NCBI GenBank assembly: GCA_030141605.1
Contig: JAQGDQ010000065.1
Location: forward strand, 186,001 to 250,000
Origin: Tubiluchus corallicola
Taxonomy: Eukaryota > Animalia > Priapulida
DNA length: 64,000 nucleotides
Direction of reading: 5' to 3'
The notes under the pieces are model-generated. The model worked only from the letters and a program-made list of their open reading frames with translations. It ran no database searches and had not been told where the DNA came from. The position numbers and the translations under genes are program-made. The stretch's first letter is position 1; every line of letters begins with the position of its first letter. Shown piece by piece: positions 41,065 to 55,129 of the stretch.

Positions 41065-41140
41065 GTACCTCTACAGTGTAATGGATAACATAGCTCCCTA
41101 AAATGCAGAAGGTCTTATGTTCGAGTCCTAGTGGAGGTGC
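41065..41140 (+). pseudogene. tRNA-derived sequence (SINE head or tRNA pseudogene)
   Basis: Acceptor-like stem gtacctc/gaggtgc, A-box-like agtgtaatgg, B box gttcgagtcc at 41119-41128; anticodon arm does not pair well. Confidence 0.6.
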
Positions 41141-41188
41141 AAAATTTTCCAAACGTCTTAATTTATTATTGCTCTCATGTGTCTGTAA

Positions 41189-41489
41189 GATTACGTGTTT
41201 GTGTGGTTGTTATCAATGAAAGTGGACCTGTGATTATGTGTTTGTGTGGTTGTTATCAATGAAAGTGGACCAATGACTACGTGACGTGTGGTTGTTGTCA
41301 ATGAAAGTGGACCTATGACTACGTGTTTTTGTGGTTGTTGTCAGTGAAAGTTGACCTATGACTACGTGTTTGTGTTGTTTTTATCAATGAAAGTGGACCT
41401 ATGATTACGTGTTTGTGTGGTTGTTATCAATGAAAGTGGACCTATGACTACGTGTTCGTGTGGTTGTTATCAATGAAAGTGGACCAAAT
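41189..41489. repeat. 43-bp minisatellite, 7 copies
   Basis: Unit gattacgtgtttgtgtggttgttatcaatgaaagtggacctat. Confidence 0.92.
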
Positions 41490-41560
41490 GAGCATATATT
41501 TCAACACAATCGCAGTGAAAAAAGGAGATTTTTTACCAAATAATGAGTACCAGAGCTTAA

Positions 41561-41831
41561 AGATCCTATGACACTATTTTGTATGTTATTTTCTTTTAAA
41601 GCGTAGGTGAGAGTCATACATGCGCAGTGTCGTTCCCAACGCCCTGTCACTTCCGCTTTCTTCCCGGATTTTCCGCGTTTCGCATGATGTCTGTGCGGCG
41701 CTAAATTTGAAGTATTTCAATGCTAACCAAACCGAAACGCGCAAGTTTATAAAAAATAAAGCTGCTTTTTTGTATCAGGCTAGTCAATAGTAATTTTGAC
41801 AGCAAGTGCCTACCAGGGTATCAGTGGACCT
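41561..41831. mobile_element. Kolobok-type MITE
   Basis: TTAA on both sides (41557-41560, 41832-41835), AG...CT termini, imperfect TIR agatcctatgacac / gtatcagtggacct. Confidence 0.7.
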
Positions 41832-43759
41832 TTAAGAGACCCTGAGCTATAGCCTATAGGACAATTCGACCCCGTTTGTCACACTTGCAATTTTATAAGA
41901 GTGCTTTTCAGTGTTTTAAAGAAATTATGAATGAATTGAATGACTAAATTTGAACTATACTGTAGTATAAATTACAAGTGCTTTCAATAATGGAACTCAT
42001 TGCTAATCCATTCATTATTTTAACTAACATGTGCTATTTTCTGTACGCTTTTATCTTTCTGTACATTGTCTTATACTTGCATTATTTTATTTGTTTTGTA
42101 TAACACTTTTGTTAAGTTACGTATAGTGACTTGAGACAAACATTGTATTCTCAGGTAGCAGTAGTTTTAAAATGCGTTATATTTTTTGGGTTTTATTGCA
42201 ATCTTATTTTGTCTATAGTCTTAAAGAATAAATTACTATTATTTAAGCCTATGATGCACTAAAGTGATTGGCGATCATGCATAGCGATCACGTCTAGCAG
42301 TTGGCAGCAAGAAATAGAATGTGTACCTATATTTTTAATATATAAACTCATACACCAAGACGCCAAGCTCTCGAAAATAGACATCATTTCTATTTCGTTG
42401 AGCGCTTGGCGACCAGCGATCAGCGTCTGTTCGACCATCATCTAATAATAATACATCTTGCTTAATTTATAAAATGCCATAGTTGTACAATTATATGACA
42501 GCATTATTAAATTACCTGTTAAAACTGATATAATACACGTCGTAAATTTCCAACACCATTATAATTAAACTTTATAAAATTCCACTTGATTGTTCATAAA
42601 ATAACGTCAAAAATCTCCTTTCACATGTTTACAATCTTCTTACATTAACAGATCAGCAAAAAACAAAGCTAATTATTCTAACACAGTTTTGTAATTTATA
42701 AGATTAGGTCGAAATCATTGTGATAAATATTCCTAGAAATTCTAAAACTGTTATAACAAAAAAAGAAAGTGAGACGAGGGAAGCAATCAAATCAACATTC
42801 ATTAAGAGCATGTAGAACGCCTGGAACAAAAACTTTAAAGTTTCATTTTGCCTAGATGACACTATGTATAATCTGTGGGACATGAAAATTCCTTCAGTTT
42901 CGTACAATATTTGGACAAACTTCCTTTTTTTGTTTACTATGAGAAAATGAGTAGTTAATAAAGGAATGAATCAGTGAATGAATGAATGATACTAGTTCCT
43001 CTGCTAGAGATTTACTGGACAAAGTTACAATTCTTTTCTATTGTTGTCGCTTTGGTATATGACAGGTCATCAGCGAATTGGTTCCATGTTCGAACTAGAC
43101 AATTTAATTACTCACAAGTTGAATAATATGGGAGATAGAGAGACAGGCAGACGGACGTACGAACCAACTGACTGACTGACAGACCGACCAATCGACTCTG
43201 CTGGCGAAACACTTTTTTTCTGTTTCGCGAAATCTACTGGTCAGTGATTTATTTATTCATAGCAATGGCGTCAGAGAAGGATGAAAACTGCTTTGAGATG
43301 TGAAAAAAACGTTAGATCGCTTGCATACTATACTTCTTTAAAGCAAGAAAAAATCTGTTAACGGCAAAAGGCTAAGGACACTTCTACTGAATAACTTTGA
43401 TAATCATTCCCCTCAAAGTTAGTGATCTAACAAGAACAAGTGACCATTTTTATATATTGCAAACCGGGATGTAGCATTCAACCGCTTCCTCTCGCCTCTG
43501 CCTGGGATAAAAATGCCTCTTTTGTTGTTTTAACAATCACTTGCTGAAATAAAAATGATGAACTAGCGTTTAGTTTTAGAAAACACAAGTGTGTTAGGGT
43601 TGGTGGATCATAACAGAGTATCATGTATGCACCTAACACCCTTCTTAAAAACACCTAAATTTGCGCCATTTTCGTCTATTCCACTCTAGCGCTTTTCAAT
43701 TAGCAAAGTCATTGGCTCACCTTAACCTGTTCTTTGTCTCACTTCATCTTACGAGGGTG

Positions 43760-43840
43760 TTTATAATTAATAATTAATACAGCTTCAGTTTTAATGAGAT
43801 TAACGCTCTCAAGTCAATGATGCGCGAAGGACATTAATCA
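43760..43840. promoter_or_regulatory. Candidate Pax6 autoregulatory element (P3 site plus P6CON-like site)
   Basis: TAATgagATTA at 43792-43802; minus strand 43812-43828 reads TTCGCGCATCATTGACT vs P6CON core TTCACGCWTSANTKMNY. Confidence 0.45.
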
Positions 43841-45236
43841 ACGTTTGTTGCTTTTTTCACAACACGTTAAGCTCAGCTTCTTTGACATAGGTGATGTTTC
43901 TGCTTCCTTGTCTGCAATCAGAGTCCATGTTCTGTGTCACACAGGTATTTTGTTTTTTACGTTTAAATTAATAATTGTGATTGTTGAATTACTATTGCTT
44001 TTCCTTGATGAAACCATCCACTTTGTGAGTGGTATGATTTCGAGTGAAATGCGTCTTAGTCGAATGCCAGTAATGGCTTCTGTATCAGCAACGTGCATTT
44101 AGTGATTTCTCTTTAGATCGTAAATCGTAATTCAAACACGCCGAATGTGCTGTGAAAGTATAGAGTATAGTATTGAACTCACTTTCTCAAATACTTCAAG
44201 ATTGTTGTCAAATGCATTTAACTGGTAGGTAATCATCAAATTTTAGTTTTATGGAATAACACCAGTTTTATGGAATAATACTCACGACTGATAATCAGTA
44301 TATCTTCCCATTGTTGAAGACCGGTTCATTAGCCAGCATTTACCATACTTTTGCGTTCTGAAACCGTAACTAAAAAAATTAAGAGAATATTCACCCAAAA
44401 CTTCTGTTGACTGGTTTACTGCACGTTTGTCTTTGGTAGTTGGTAGTTGGTTAGGCTGCCGGTTGGTTTGTTGGACGGTTAGCTAGTTGGTTGTCTGATT
44501 GATTAATTATTCGCTTGGAGAATATTTAATGGTTGGAGGACTCAGTGGGTTTTAGTAGCTAAAGATCAGACATGTTTATGTTGGCTGATAAAAATTTTCT
44601 AAAATCGTCGGATGCGGTTGCAAGTTCGAAACCGAAGCGTCGATTTAGTAAACCAAATAATTATGAGTTGCCTGTAATTTGCCTCAATTTTTAACAAACC
44701 TGTTTATACACACTGAGGGTCTTACGCTCACTTGCGTTTTCTTCGTGTTTTGGCGGCTCGCGCAAACTAGTTTTGCAATGCTGAAAACTACCTGCACGAC
44801 ACTTGACCACTTTTTCTCAAGTCTACTTCTCATCTGTGTTAATCGCATTTAATCTGTGTCTAATCCTATGTAAGCCTTGTTTGGCGCCTGCTGTACGTCG
44901 TAATAATAGTTTATCAGTTTTATATTTGTTCCTCTGTATTTACAAGACTCAAAAATTAGAACTTTCGCAACGCTAAAAGTTTATCAGGACAATACTACAA
45001 AAGACACTAATTTAAATTGGAAAGGAAAAAATCGCGCATTTTCTAGAAGTCAAAACGGCGCCTTTATAATAAGGATAATCGTATTTCATGAACCTGACAA
45101 CAGTTAATAAAGTGTAGTTACGTTGTCTTGCTTTGATAAACATTATTATGCTGCCATCCTGTTTTTGCTGTGACTTTTATCAGGTGCTTTTTTTAAATAA
45201 TTAGTTAAACTTTTACTATTTTTTTCCGTTTATCAG

Positions 45237-45429
45237 GTGTCATCGATTAATCGCGTACTGCGTAATCTATCGAGCAAGTCCGATCAAGATCCGATGTACG
45301 ATCCCAAATTACAACTTGTCGCCCATCAGGGATGGCCTGGAGGACCTACCTCTTGGTTTCCAGTGGAATCATTCCAACACGGGACACCATCCGGCACGAT
45401 AAGTGCATCAGCATCGCATTCAAGTAAAG
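45237..45429 (+). CDS. Pax6: Pax6 exon 4, end of paired domain and linker (VSSINRVLRNL...MYDPKLQLV...)
   Basis: tatcag acceptor; SSINRVLRNL; MYDKL-like linker motif; donor AAG|GTATCA, phase 1, compatible with next exon. Confidence 0.93.
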
Positions 45430-45456
45430 GTATCACTCACTTATTCTCAATCTCCG

Positions 45457-45458
<2 letters not shown>

Positions 45459-45525
<67 letters not shown>
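45459..45525. repeat. (CT)n microsatellite
   Basis: Direct reading. Confidence 0.95.
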
Positions 45526-45528
<3 letters not shown>

Positions 45529-46881
45529 CGCTCTCTGTCTGTCTGTGCGAAAGTTGTTTCGCTTCTGCATAATCAACGGATGATGCTCTTGTTTGTCTGT
45601 TAAGCAAATAAAATTTTTGACGCGTCGGTTTCTTTGATCAGTACAAATGTAATAAGTTTAGCAAACACGAAGCTCATGCCACCAACGTGGAGATGCTTAT
45701 AAGAGAGAGGGTTAACAAAGAAAAGAAGAAGACAGATTGTTAGAAGATCTTTAACGTTATAACAGCCAATAATCATTGTGATTAACGCAGGAAAAGAACT
45801 TGAAATTACAGTCTGTTGTACATATTCGACAGGCTCTCATTTTTTCTCAACTACTAATAATCATTTTTGTTAGTAATAATAATTGTTACTAATAATCGTT
45901 AGACCTACAAATTACATTTATAAGTGTATGCTGATTCTACAAATCACTGGGCTTCTGCTTTTTTCCGTGCAACAAAGATATTAGTATTTGAGTACTAGGT
46001 AAATTTTTTATTACGTATTTATACAATTTTTGCATAAAACACTTGGTGTGCTAGCGTTTCTCTACTGACTTCATGTGTCTGATCTGCAAACGTTTTATAT
46101 CAATAATGCTTGTGGTTTGTTAATGGAAGTTTGCACAATATTGCCATTTTTATATTTTTATGTTTCTTAATTTAATGGCTTTGAGTCAATGCTCTTTGGC
46201 AAAATTACTAAATACTATGCAAAATAAAGAGTGATTAAAAGAAATTTAGTTTCAAGCAGGCAAAACCTAAATTTAGTTTAAGGTTAACGTTGAATTTGCT
46301 AAGTTTTTTGTTTTATCTCTTTCTATGACTCCAAACAACAAATTTTACAAAGTTTTGAACAATTGGTTGTCGTAGACTGCATACATAGTTACGTAGACGT
46401 TTCTATGCAAAGTGAAATTCAAAGGACATAAAAACAGTTTATTTGACACCATTTGAGCCATTCACTGATTATAAAAACGTAACAGTATTTTGCGAGTTTA
46501 ATTATTTACGTGGTCCGATATAAATAATAGACCTGTTATTAAAAAATAATCGAGCCTCTTTTGCAAGCTGATATTGGAATACTTTCCACTTGAATTAGTT
46601 GTTTCTGCTTTACATCGTTTGTAATTTCAGACTAAATGAGCCCTATTGGTAAAATAATTAATAGTATTAAGCGATCATTGAACAGTAACATTTCATCAAA
46701 ACTGGAAAAAATTGTGTACATAACACTAAATTAAACCGTATTAATCCATAAGATAAGTGGTTTGTCCTGCGACACGGGTCATACATAGACGTAAAATTGT
46801 CGTTGTTGAATTTCACATCAGTGTTTCGTAACTGATGGCTCCCATTATTAAGAATAAATCACTGTTATAACAATGTAATTT

Positions 46882-47078
<197 letters not shown>

Positions 47079-47151
47079 ACTGCAGAGATTAGCTCCTCGT
47101 GTTTATTTGCTCAGTATCTTGTATTACATAGCTGTTTAAATTGCGTTATTG

Positions 47152-47154
<3 letters not shown>

Positions 47155-47205
<51 letters not shown>

Positions 47206-47212
47206 CGTGTGT
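47155..47212. repeat. (TG)n microsatellite
   Basis: Direct reading. Confidence 0.95.
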
Positions 47213-50200
47213 GGGTAGACTAGTACATGTATGTCCATTCCTGAAACTTGCCTATATGTATTTTCTTTTCTCCTAACTTTGTAACTTCCATTGTACTCTA
47301 GCGCAGTGTGGCCTCTCATCAAATTCATATCAGATATTTGATCAAAAGTCAAAACTTCATACTCTTCTAAAACGTTTTGTTATAGTCGAATATTAAATTT
47401 ACTAGCATGAGAAAATTTAACGATAAAATCAAATTTGCTTTATGCCCTGTGGGATGAGATGCTTCTAATTCAGGATTACCTTTCATTAAGTAAAAGTTAT
47501 GGACCTGCAAACAGATACTAAGTATAAGATTGTGCGTGAGATATTTTTTTGCGCAAAATTTTCAAGATTTGTAAACCGTGCGTTAGGTCCTTACGTGTGT
47601 CTACCGCGCACGTAACCTGGTCCTAATACAAAAAAGTTGATGTGCTTTCTATAATTACCTTTTCCTATTACACGTATGTTATTGTTCTCGTAACGTGCGT
47701 GTATTACTTCTACTATGTCAACCAAGTTGTTGGCTGAAGCATTTTTTGTCATTTAATTTATCCTCCCGCATTAGAGTGACTCTATAATGAATGTTTTTTT
47801 ACTTTATCTTATTTTAAACGGTAATTAAACCAGAAAATTGTTTATGGTGTCTGATGGAACTAACAACTTTGTACTTGAGCGTTAGCACATAACTGATTCT
47901 TTTTATTATTTCTGTAATAAAGATATGCGATCTTAAACTTCTGTATTAGAAGTTTGTGATCTGATGCATTCAGCGTTCGACTATGTACCGTATTAATACA
48001 ACGGCCATTACTTAAAACTCAAGATAAAATTATGAGAGCATTATTTGCAATTCCGTAATCGGTTTTTAATTCCTTACTACCACTACTTATGAAACAAATT
48101 AAAAAAACGTTGAGAAATTAATTAAAAATAACAGCGTCGCTGTAGTGTTTTTTGAGTTGGTGCAAAATTACCAACCTGTCTTATTAATTATGCTGGTTTT
48201 CAAAAAAAAACTTGTGGTTCATAAAGATAGGGACGTAATAGGTAAAAAAAGCCAGTACCAGTGTTTTGTGGCATGCACACTGACAACGTCTAAATTTGCA
48301 GTCAGTGTAGTAAATACAATACCACAGCTCTTTTGGAAAAAGATTGCACAACTGCCGCTATTGAAACTAGCATCGCGGTCATCATTGTTGTATGCTACAG
48401 CAGTACTGCCGCTATCTGCTTGGTTAACTAGTTGGTAGATTGATTACCTTCTTAGCTATCCCCCTAGCTGTGTAATCAATCTATTGGTTAGTTGGTGTAA
48501 GCGTTTAGCGCCTATAGGTCACCTATGCATATTTTTATTAAAAATCGGGTGCAATAAATCAACTTCTAGCCAACCATCTAATAAAATGTGTTTATTTACA
48601 TATTCTCAGCCATTTATTTTTTATTTATTAACTCGTTTGTTTAATTTTATTATTCGTTTATTTATTTATTTACTTAGTTGTTTTTTTAAATATGCAGTTA
48701 TTTATTTAACTAGACGGCAAGTTAATTTCCATCGTTACAATCGCTGCAAAATTATACCATTATATCTGTTAATATTGAGTTTGGTAACAGAAATAAAAAA
48801 AATATTTCGGGAAGCTAATTGATTGTGTATTTTACAATCTTGGTGTCAAGATTATTATTAATAATTGTACAAATCCACAATTAGTTTAATTTTGAAACCA
48901 AAGTTGAAAATCAGGAAATATGGCAATGTTGACTTATTACGCTTGTCACGAGCTACTTGTTCCAAAAACGACAAAAACGTGTAAAATGAAGTAAAGCTGT
49001 AAATTTGGGTAATTTGCCACATAACTCCTTGCGCTCCTTGCTGGTTGTCATTACGGAACAGGTGCGTGACATTGCAGAGAGGGGTCGAAAATCAATGGGG
49101 TTTCGCCCCCGTAATGATATGAATATACAGGCTGTATTTTTTGTGTTGCAATTAATTTTCAAACAATATGTTCTCCAACAATCAGGCTAACTGGGAAACG
49201 TATATAGAAATATCGTATTTCGTAAGTGATTATTTTGCATTCTATAATTATACAGCGTAAGTAGCTATTGGAAACAGACGTTTTAAAACGATTTATAATT
49301 GAACCACAGAGTTGCAGCACAAACTAGCAACAGGAGGCCTATCTTCTAACCCAAAACTATCTCTAAACAATCTTTCTGTCTCGGAGGATCTAAAACCCAA
49401 CTACAGTTTTCAGGATTTCAAAGACTATGAGTTCGGGGCGTGTGGTGAATTTCTTTTGGCATTATTATTTCTGATGTTCTATTTGAGGCTGCGCTCACTT
49501 TTGCAATTTTTTTTTACTTAAGCGTCCACTTAGCTGCATTTAAATAAGTGAAAAACGAGTGAAAAGTCCTCTTTTTCTGGAACCACCGTTCACTTGGTTT
49601 TAGCTAGTTTTTACTTCAAAAATAACACTAATTGATTTTGTCATGCGAGATCGCAAGCCCGCAGACGGTAAAAGATGAACGCTGAGCGGGATTTTTCATT
49701 ATTTCAAAAGTGGTTGACAGGTACTATGTGCATGAAGTCAACTTCCATAAAACACTTACTAATCCAACGAGAGAAAGGAGTAAAGTTTCCTAGTCTATCA
49801 GAACTATCACTGATCTAGGAGTCTTTTATCATGTGGGTTTAGGACTGCCCTTTTTTGTAGTGTCTCCCTAATATCCCCTCTGATGGGCAATTTCAAAAAG
49901 TCCACTACAGGTGAAGAGCAACCAACTGAAACCTAGCCTATCTGTCTGTAATATGAGGAAGGCGGAGAGGCACAATAACAAAGATAAACTTATTATAAAT
50001 TTTCTTCTCATTTGACTCGCATGGTATTGAGATTCAGTGCATTAAAGCTCTTGATCTATCGTGCATTAATAGTGAATATTGATCATTGATTTCGCGAAAG
50101 GCCCGGATTTTGTTATCAATTTTCGCGGCTAATTAACAGGATGCAAGCTAATCATGTGCTTCAATGAAGATGTTTAGTGTTTAATGAATCGTGTACATAA

Positions 50201-51104
50201 CTGCGATAAGTTTATCTACCACTCATTTTCAAAGTGCTATTAGACTTAAACACGGAACAATAATAGTTTAAATTTTAAATCTAATTAAAAATTATCTTGT
50301 TGAGAAACAATGCTAGTATTTCGCGTCAGAGAAAACAAACGTTACGTAAAGTCATCGCTATTATTATACAGACTGGAAAAAAACACCTTACATTTCGTGT
50401 TATGCCTTTTTAAGCATGCAGAAATAATTGCCAAATGATTCCGTCAAACGCAACCAAAACGCTTGTTCAATTTTCAACGTATTTCAAAAATTACTTTATC
50501 ATAAATGAATCCAAAACGCGGTTTAATTAACCGACGTGAATCAGTTGCCTTGCTGCGTTTCAAACTGCATTTGCATGTAATTTAACGCATTTTATTTTAA
50601 TTTATTACGACTGCTTATCGATTATTGACTTCATCTGAACAGTATGGAAAGGGTTACGTGTATCAGAGGTAAATCATTTTTTTAAATTTGAAATATAAAT
50701 AAATTATAAAATTCCATCCCGAGATGTTAAATTAATATAAAGTATGTATAGTGTTATATATTAATAATCTTATCACCAATGTTTATTCAATTCTGATAAA
50801 GATTAAAACGGTGTTGCACAACAGTATAATAATCATAAACTAATGATTTTAATATCATAGAAAACCAATTATTTATGAACTTATATTTTAGCAGGCATAC
50901 GGGCAGGTTATATTTTAATGTTATATTTTTACAGCAACGAAAATATTTGTTAACATAAATACTGCAAGAAATTCCTAGTTAAAATTGCAAGTAATTAATT
51001 GTGATGTGCGAACGTTCTTCTTGTTACAAGCCCAGAATTGTTGCCAAGCTAAAGAAAACATTCTTATATTTATTTTATTCTATTCTGCTTTGTACTGTTC
51101 CGTT

Positions 51105-51196
51105 TTGTTCTATTCTATTCTATTCTATTCTATTCTATTCTATTCTATTCTATTCTATTCTATTCTATTCTATTCTATTCTATTCTATTCTATTCT
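51105..51196. repeat. (TATTC)n microsatellite
   Basis: Direct reading. Confidence 0.95.
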
Positions 51197-51709
51197 AAAT
51201 GCATCACAAAAAACAACGCGATTTTTCTATACAAAACATTTTTTAATTAGTTCTGTGACTGCACAGTATATAAAACTCAAGGAAATTAAAATTCTTATTA
51301 GACCTGCTTACATGCTACTGATACGTGGTAACTGTTGATGTCGTTGAATTTACATGGTGGAGCGAATAGCTTAAACTATTTGCAATTTCTACTTTTTCTA
51401 CAAAACCTTTTCTACCAAAACATTAACACCCGTTGGGAAGTGGTGCTGACAAGCTCCTAGGCATAACAGTGTTTAGTTTCTGCTGGATTACTGTTGTGTT
51501 TACTTGCCTCGAGAGCCGATTTCTTTTATTTTAGAGTTCTGTCTGCCTAATGCCTTCAATGGGCATACTAACAGGAATATAATGATGATGAATATAAAAT
51601 TTGACCTTTCTTTCTTGCCAACCATGGTAACTTCTTTGTATACACGTGCAGATTAATTAGTTCTATTAATAGCTTACGAGATAATTTGTTACTGTTGACA
51701 TTTTTCCAG

Positions 51710-51826
51710 ATGAAACCGGTGACCCTGTGACCACCGATGAATCCCAAGCCAGAATGCGATTGAAGAAAAAGCTGCAACGAAACAGAACTTCATTTACCAA
51801 TGAACAAATAGAATCCCTGGAAAAAG
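51710..51826 (+). CDS. Pax6: Pax6 exon 5, linker and homeodomain start ([39 protein letters not shown])
   Basis: tttttccag acceptor, AAG|GTAAAC donor; LQRNRTSF; not in ORF track. Confidence 0.96.
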
Positions 51827-52216
51827 GTAAACACGTGTTGCCATTCTTGCGTTAAACAAAGGAACATTTTTTAAAAATCTTTGATTTTGACAGGTCTTAT
51901 AACTTTGTTGATGTGGTTACAGTGCCTAAGAAATGACGTATTAAAAATAGAAACAACTTTCGTTTGTTTTTGATTTGACTACAATTTCCACGTAATAAAA
52001 GTTTGTTTAAAATGACATATTATTGATTAATCGTTTCACTAATTATTTCCTAATCTTATTGTTTCTCAGCCTGTTGGTACTACGTCACATTTTTGACCCT
52101 AAAGTCTTTTGAGTGTACACTGTGCTCCTGTAAAAATAAGAATTACGTTTTTATGTATGTACATAAAGCGTAGTTTGTGCTGTTTAAATTTTTTACATTG
52201 AGTTAGTGGCGTGTGT

Positions 52217-52356
<140 letters not shown>

Positions 52357-53299
52357 GATGTGCGTATGTGAAATTTGATTTTGCAATAAAAGGTTCAATT
52401 CTTTTCAATTTATAACCTGTGGTGATGTTAGGGTTTCGGTGTGACTTCACGTTAGGGTTCGGCGTAGTATAACGATCGCCTTCTCTTCTTAACTTTGATT
52501 CCACTCTTTTGCCACGGGTACAAAACGTGGTTTCATATGCGCTATTTAAAGCCTATTTTGCTTTGTACACCTTCAATATTTAAGAATTTTTTACCTTAAA
52601 CTTAACGGGAGGAGAGCGAAGAAGACTATTGAACGAATCACTTGTTTTATTAACTAAAGGAAAAATTTGCAAGATATTCCTATAATAAGTACGCTCGACT
52701 TGCTTTGCTAGTGAGCACAATATTTGCAACAACTATATCTGCTTCACACTATATATCGAAGAACAAAACTTTTCGATTTTAATATTATTAATATTTAATA
52801 TTTTTTCTAACCCTGTACACGCATATAACATTTGAATTGTCATTACAAAATCAAACAAATATGCAATACGAATTTGTAAAACATTGACCTTTATTAACAT
52901 GACAGTCAACGTCATATAGGCACGAAATATACACAGTAATTTCTATTTAAACAGATGGTTATTTTCATAATAAACCCACTTTATAGCGAATTTTGTTAAC
53001 TTTTCATTCGAAAATGCAACATTACAGATTAACAGTCAGGGAAAAATATGGTCATTACATAGTTATATAAATAAGCTTTTTTAAATATTTAATTGCTACT
53101 TGACGGTGATTATGTGATGCTGAAACATGTCACTTATGAAGTTACAAACATTATGAAGAAATTCTGAATTGCTTTATCGTAGTAGAATTAGCAAACTTTG
53201 GATAAGCATCACTAATTTCTATGTGAACGGTGTTTTGTGAAAGCAATTTTAGCACTACAGGGTCATCATTTTAATTTGTAAGCAATTTTTAATACATAA

Positions 53300-53960
53300 A
53301 TTTCTTGAGTTTCACAGTAGACTTGCATATTTCCGTTATTGTTGTTAGTGTTGTGCTCTCTATTACTTTTTGAGCTAGATATATCAAAGCTTCTGTTTGA
53401 TACTGTATGATAAACGTTTTTGGTTGTATTCCTTGATGTTCGAGCTCTTAGAACCGTTATATAGCAATTTTGCCCAGCTGTGTATCTAGTTGACTTTAAT
53501 ACTCTGAATTTTTATACTAATGTCATGTTAGGTTTGTTAATTATTTGTAGTCATTTACAGTGCATATCATTTCTATTTCTGGGGATGTTGACTAATTTAG
53601 CTCGCACTATGCGCTTTACTGGTTTATTATTAACGCTTACTATGTACCTGTGTTTGCTCGGTTTTATGGTAAAGTCTTCAGTATTTATTTTGGCCTATAC
53701 ATTGACGGGTCAGACTCGTTTGTCTGTTAAAAGTCAGCATTGAGTGGTGCCCAAAATTCACTGCCGCATAGTGACATAGGTTTCTTATATTTCTCAAATA
53801 AGTTCATAGTTATTTTAGGTGGTAAATTTTGATGATTTTTTAAACCTACAAATCTAGATATGTGACCTATTATGGGAGCATTGTACTCCAGTATATTCTG
53901 AATTGCATTGGTAAAATTTATTATATGGAAAAAACGAAAGTCCTTTAGTTTTATGAGACT
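53300..53960 (-). mobile_element. Highly decayed LINE ORF2 3' fragment
   Basis: Minus-strand remnants such as SRFVGL and LCGSEFWAP resemble the post-RT region (YLG...LYGSEIW). Confidence 0.4.
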
Positions 53961-54458
53961 CAAAATGAACCTGTAATTTCAACAGACACTTGTAAAATTG
54001 TAAATTGTAATCCCATCAAATTTGTATTTGATCCCCAACACTATGTGATGTTAAAGATAAGTCGCACATTAAGAAGCTGTATTTGTGTGTCTCTTTCCGG
54101 ACCTTAAACGTTTAATTCTTCTACTATTTTTTACTATATATTTATTAGTGCTATGGTTTGAATAATTAAAACTAAGCAGCTTGGCAGAAATTTAGGCCAA
54201 AACTTGACACATTTATATCTTACCTCCTCGATATTGGATCTATACTACTACTCGGCTGCACGCTAAACCCAGAGCCAGTGCATTACTAGCTTACTTATAG
54301 CCGCTAGTATGCGCTGGCTTCGTAATAGAGAGAATCATCGCGATATAGGAGAGGTACTTGAAAACCTGGCTTCATAGCGCTATCTACACAACCCAAGCAT
54401 ACAAGTTGGCAAAAATTACTAGACGGTCCATGGTAATTGTAATTATGACACATATTAA

Positions 54459-54608
<150 letters not shown>

Positions 54609-55129
54609 TAATTAACTATTTTAGATAAGAAAAATATCCCAAATATATGTTACGGAGTGAAGATAATGGCAATACTATAATGATAACTTGTAGTTAGTCC
54701 AAGGCAGTTAAGTGAATAACAAGTAAACCATTATTACCACATGCAACTAGAACACTCATTAAATTAGCACTCATTACATGTATATAAGTGATAGGCAAAT
54801 AGTGAAATTTGGTATTCTATGGAATGCCCAGACATTTTATGAAGTGTCAAAACAAACAGGATCTAAAATAGTTTCTTCAACTCTTTTCCTAAGCACTACT
54901 TACAAAGTAAAAATTTGCTGAAGCAAACTGTATAATTCTTAAGTTTTAGATTTAATTTTTCCATGCATTTTATAGAATGACGAATATATTTTAGTTAATA
55001 TAAAAAGCAGATGGTCAATTGTTTTGTCGTAATTTTTCTACGCATTTTATATAATACCTATTAAAATTTAGGGTATGTCTGAAAAATCATGTTTCAGTGT
55101 GTTTGGAAATTTGTGCGGTAAATACGTTT

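Noticed and set aside
41065-41140. Functional tRNA gene
   Set aside because: D and anticodon arms pair poorly; treated as SINE head or pseudogene
41189-41489. 43-bp array (and the 58-bp array at 25199-25572) as CRISPR
   Set aside because: Head-to-tail units with no unique spacers, no cas genes, eukaryotic context
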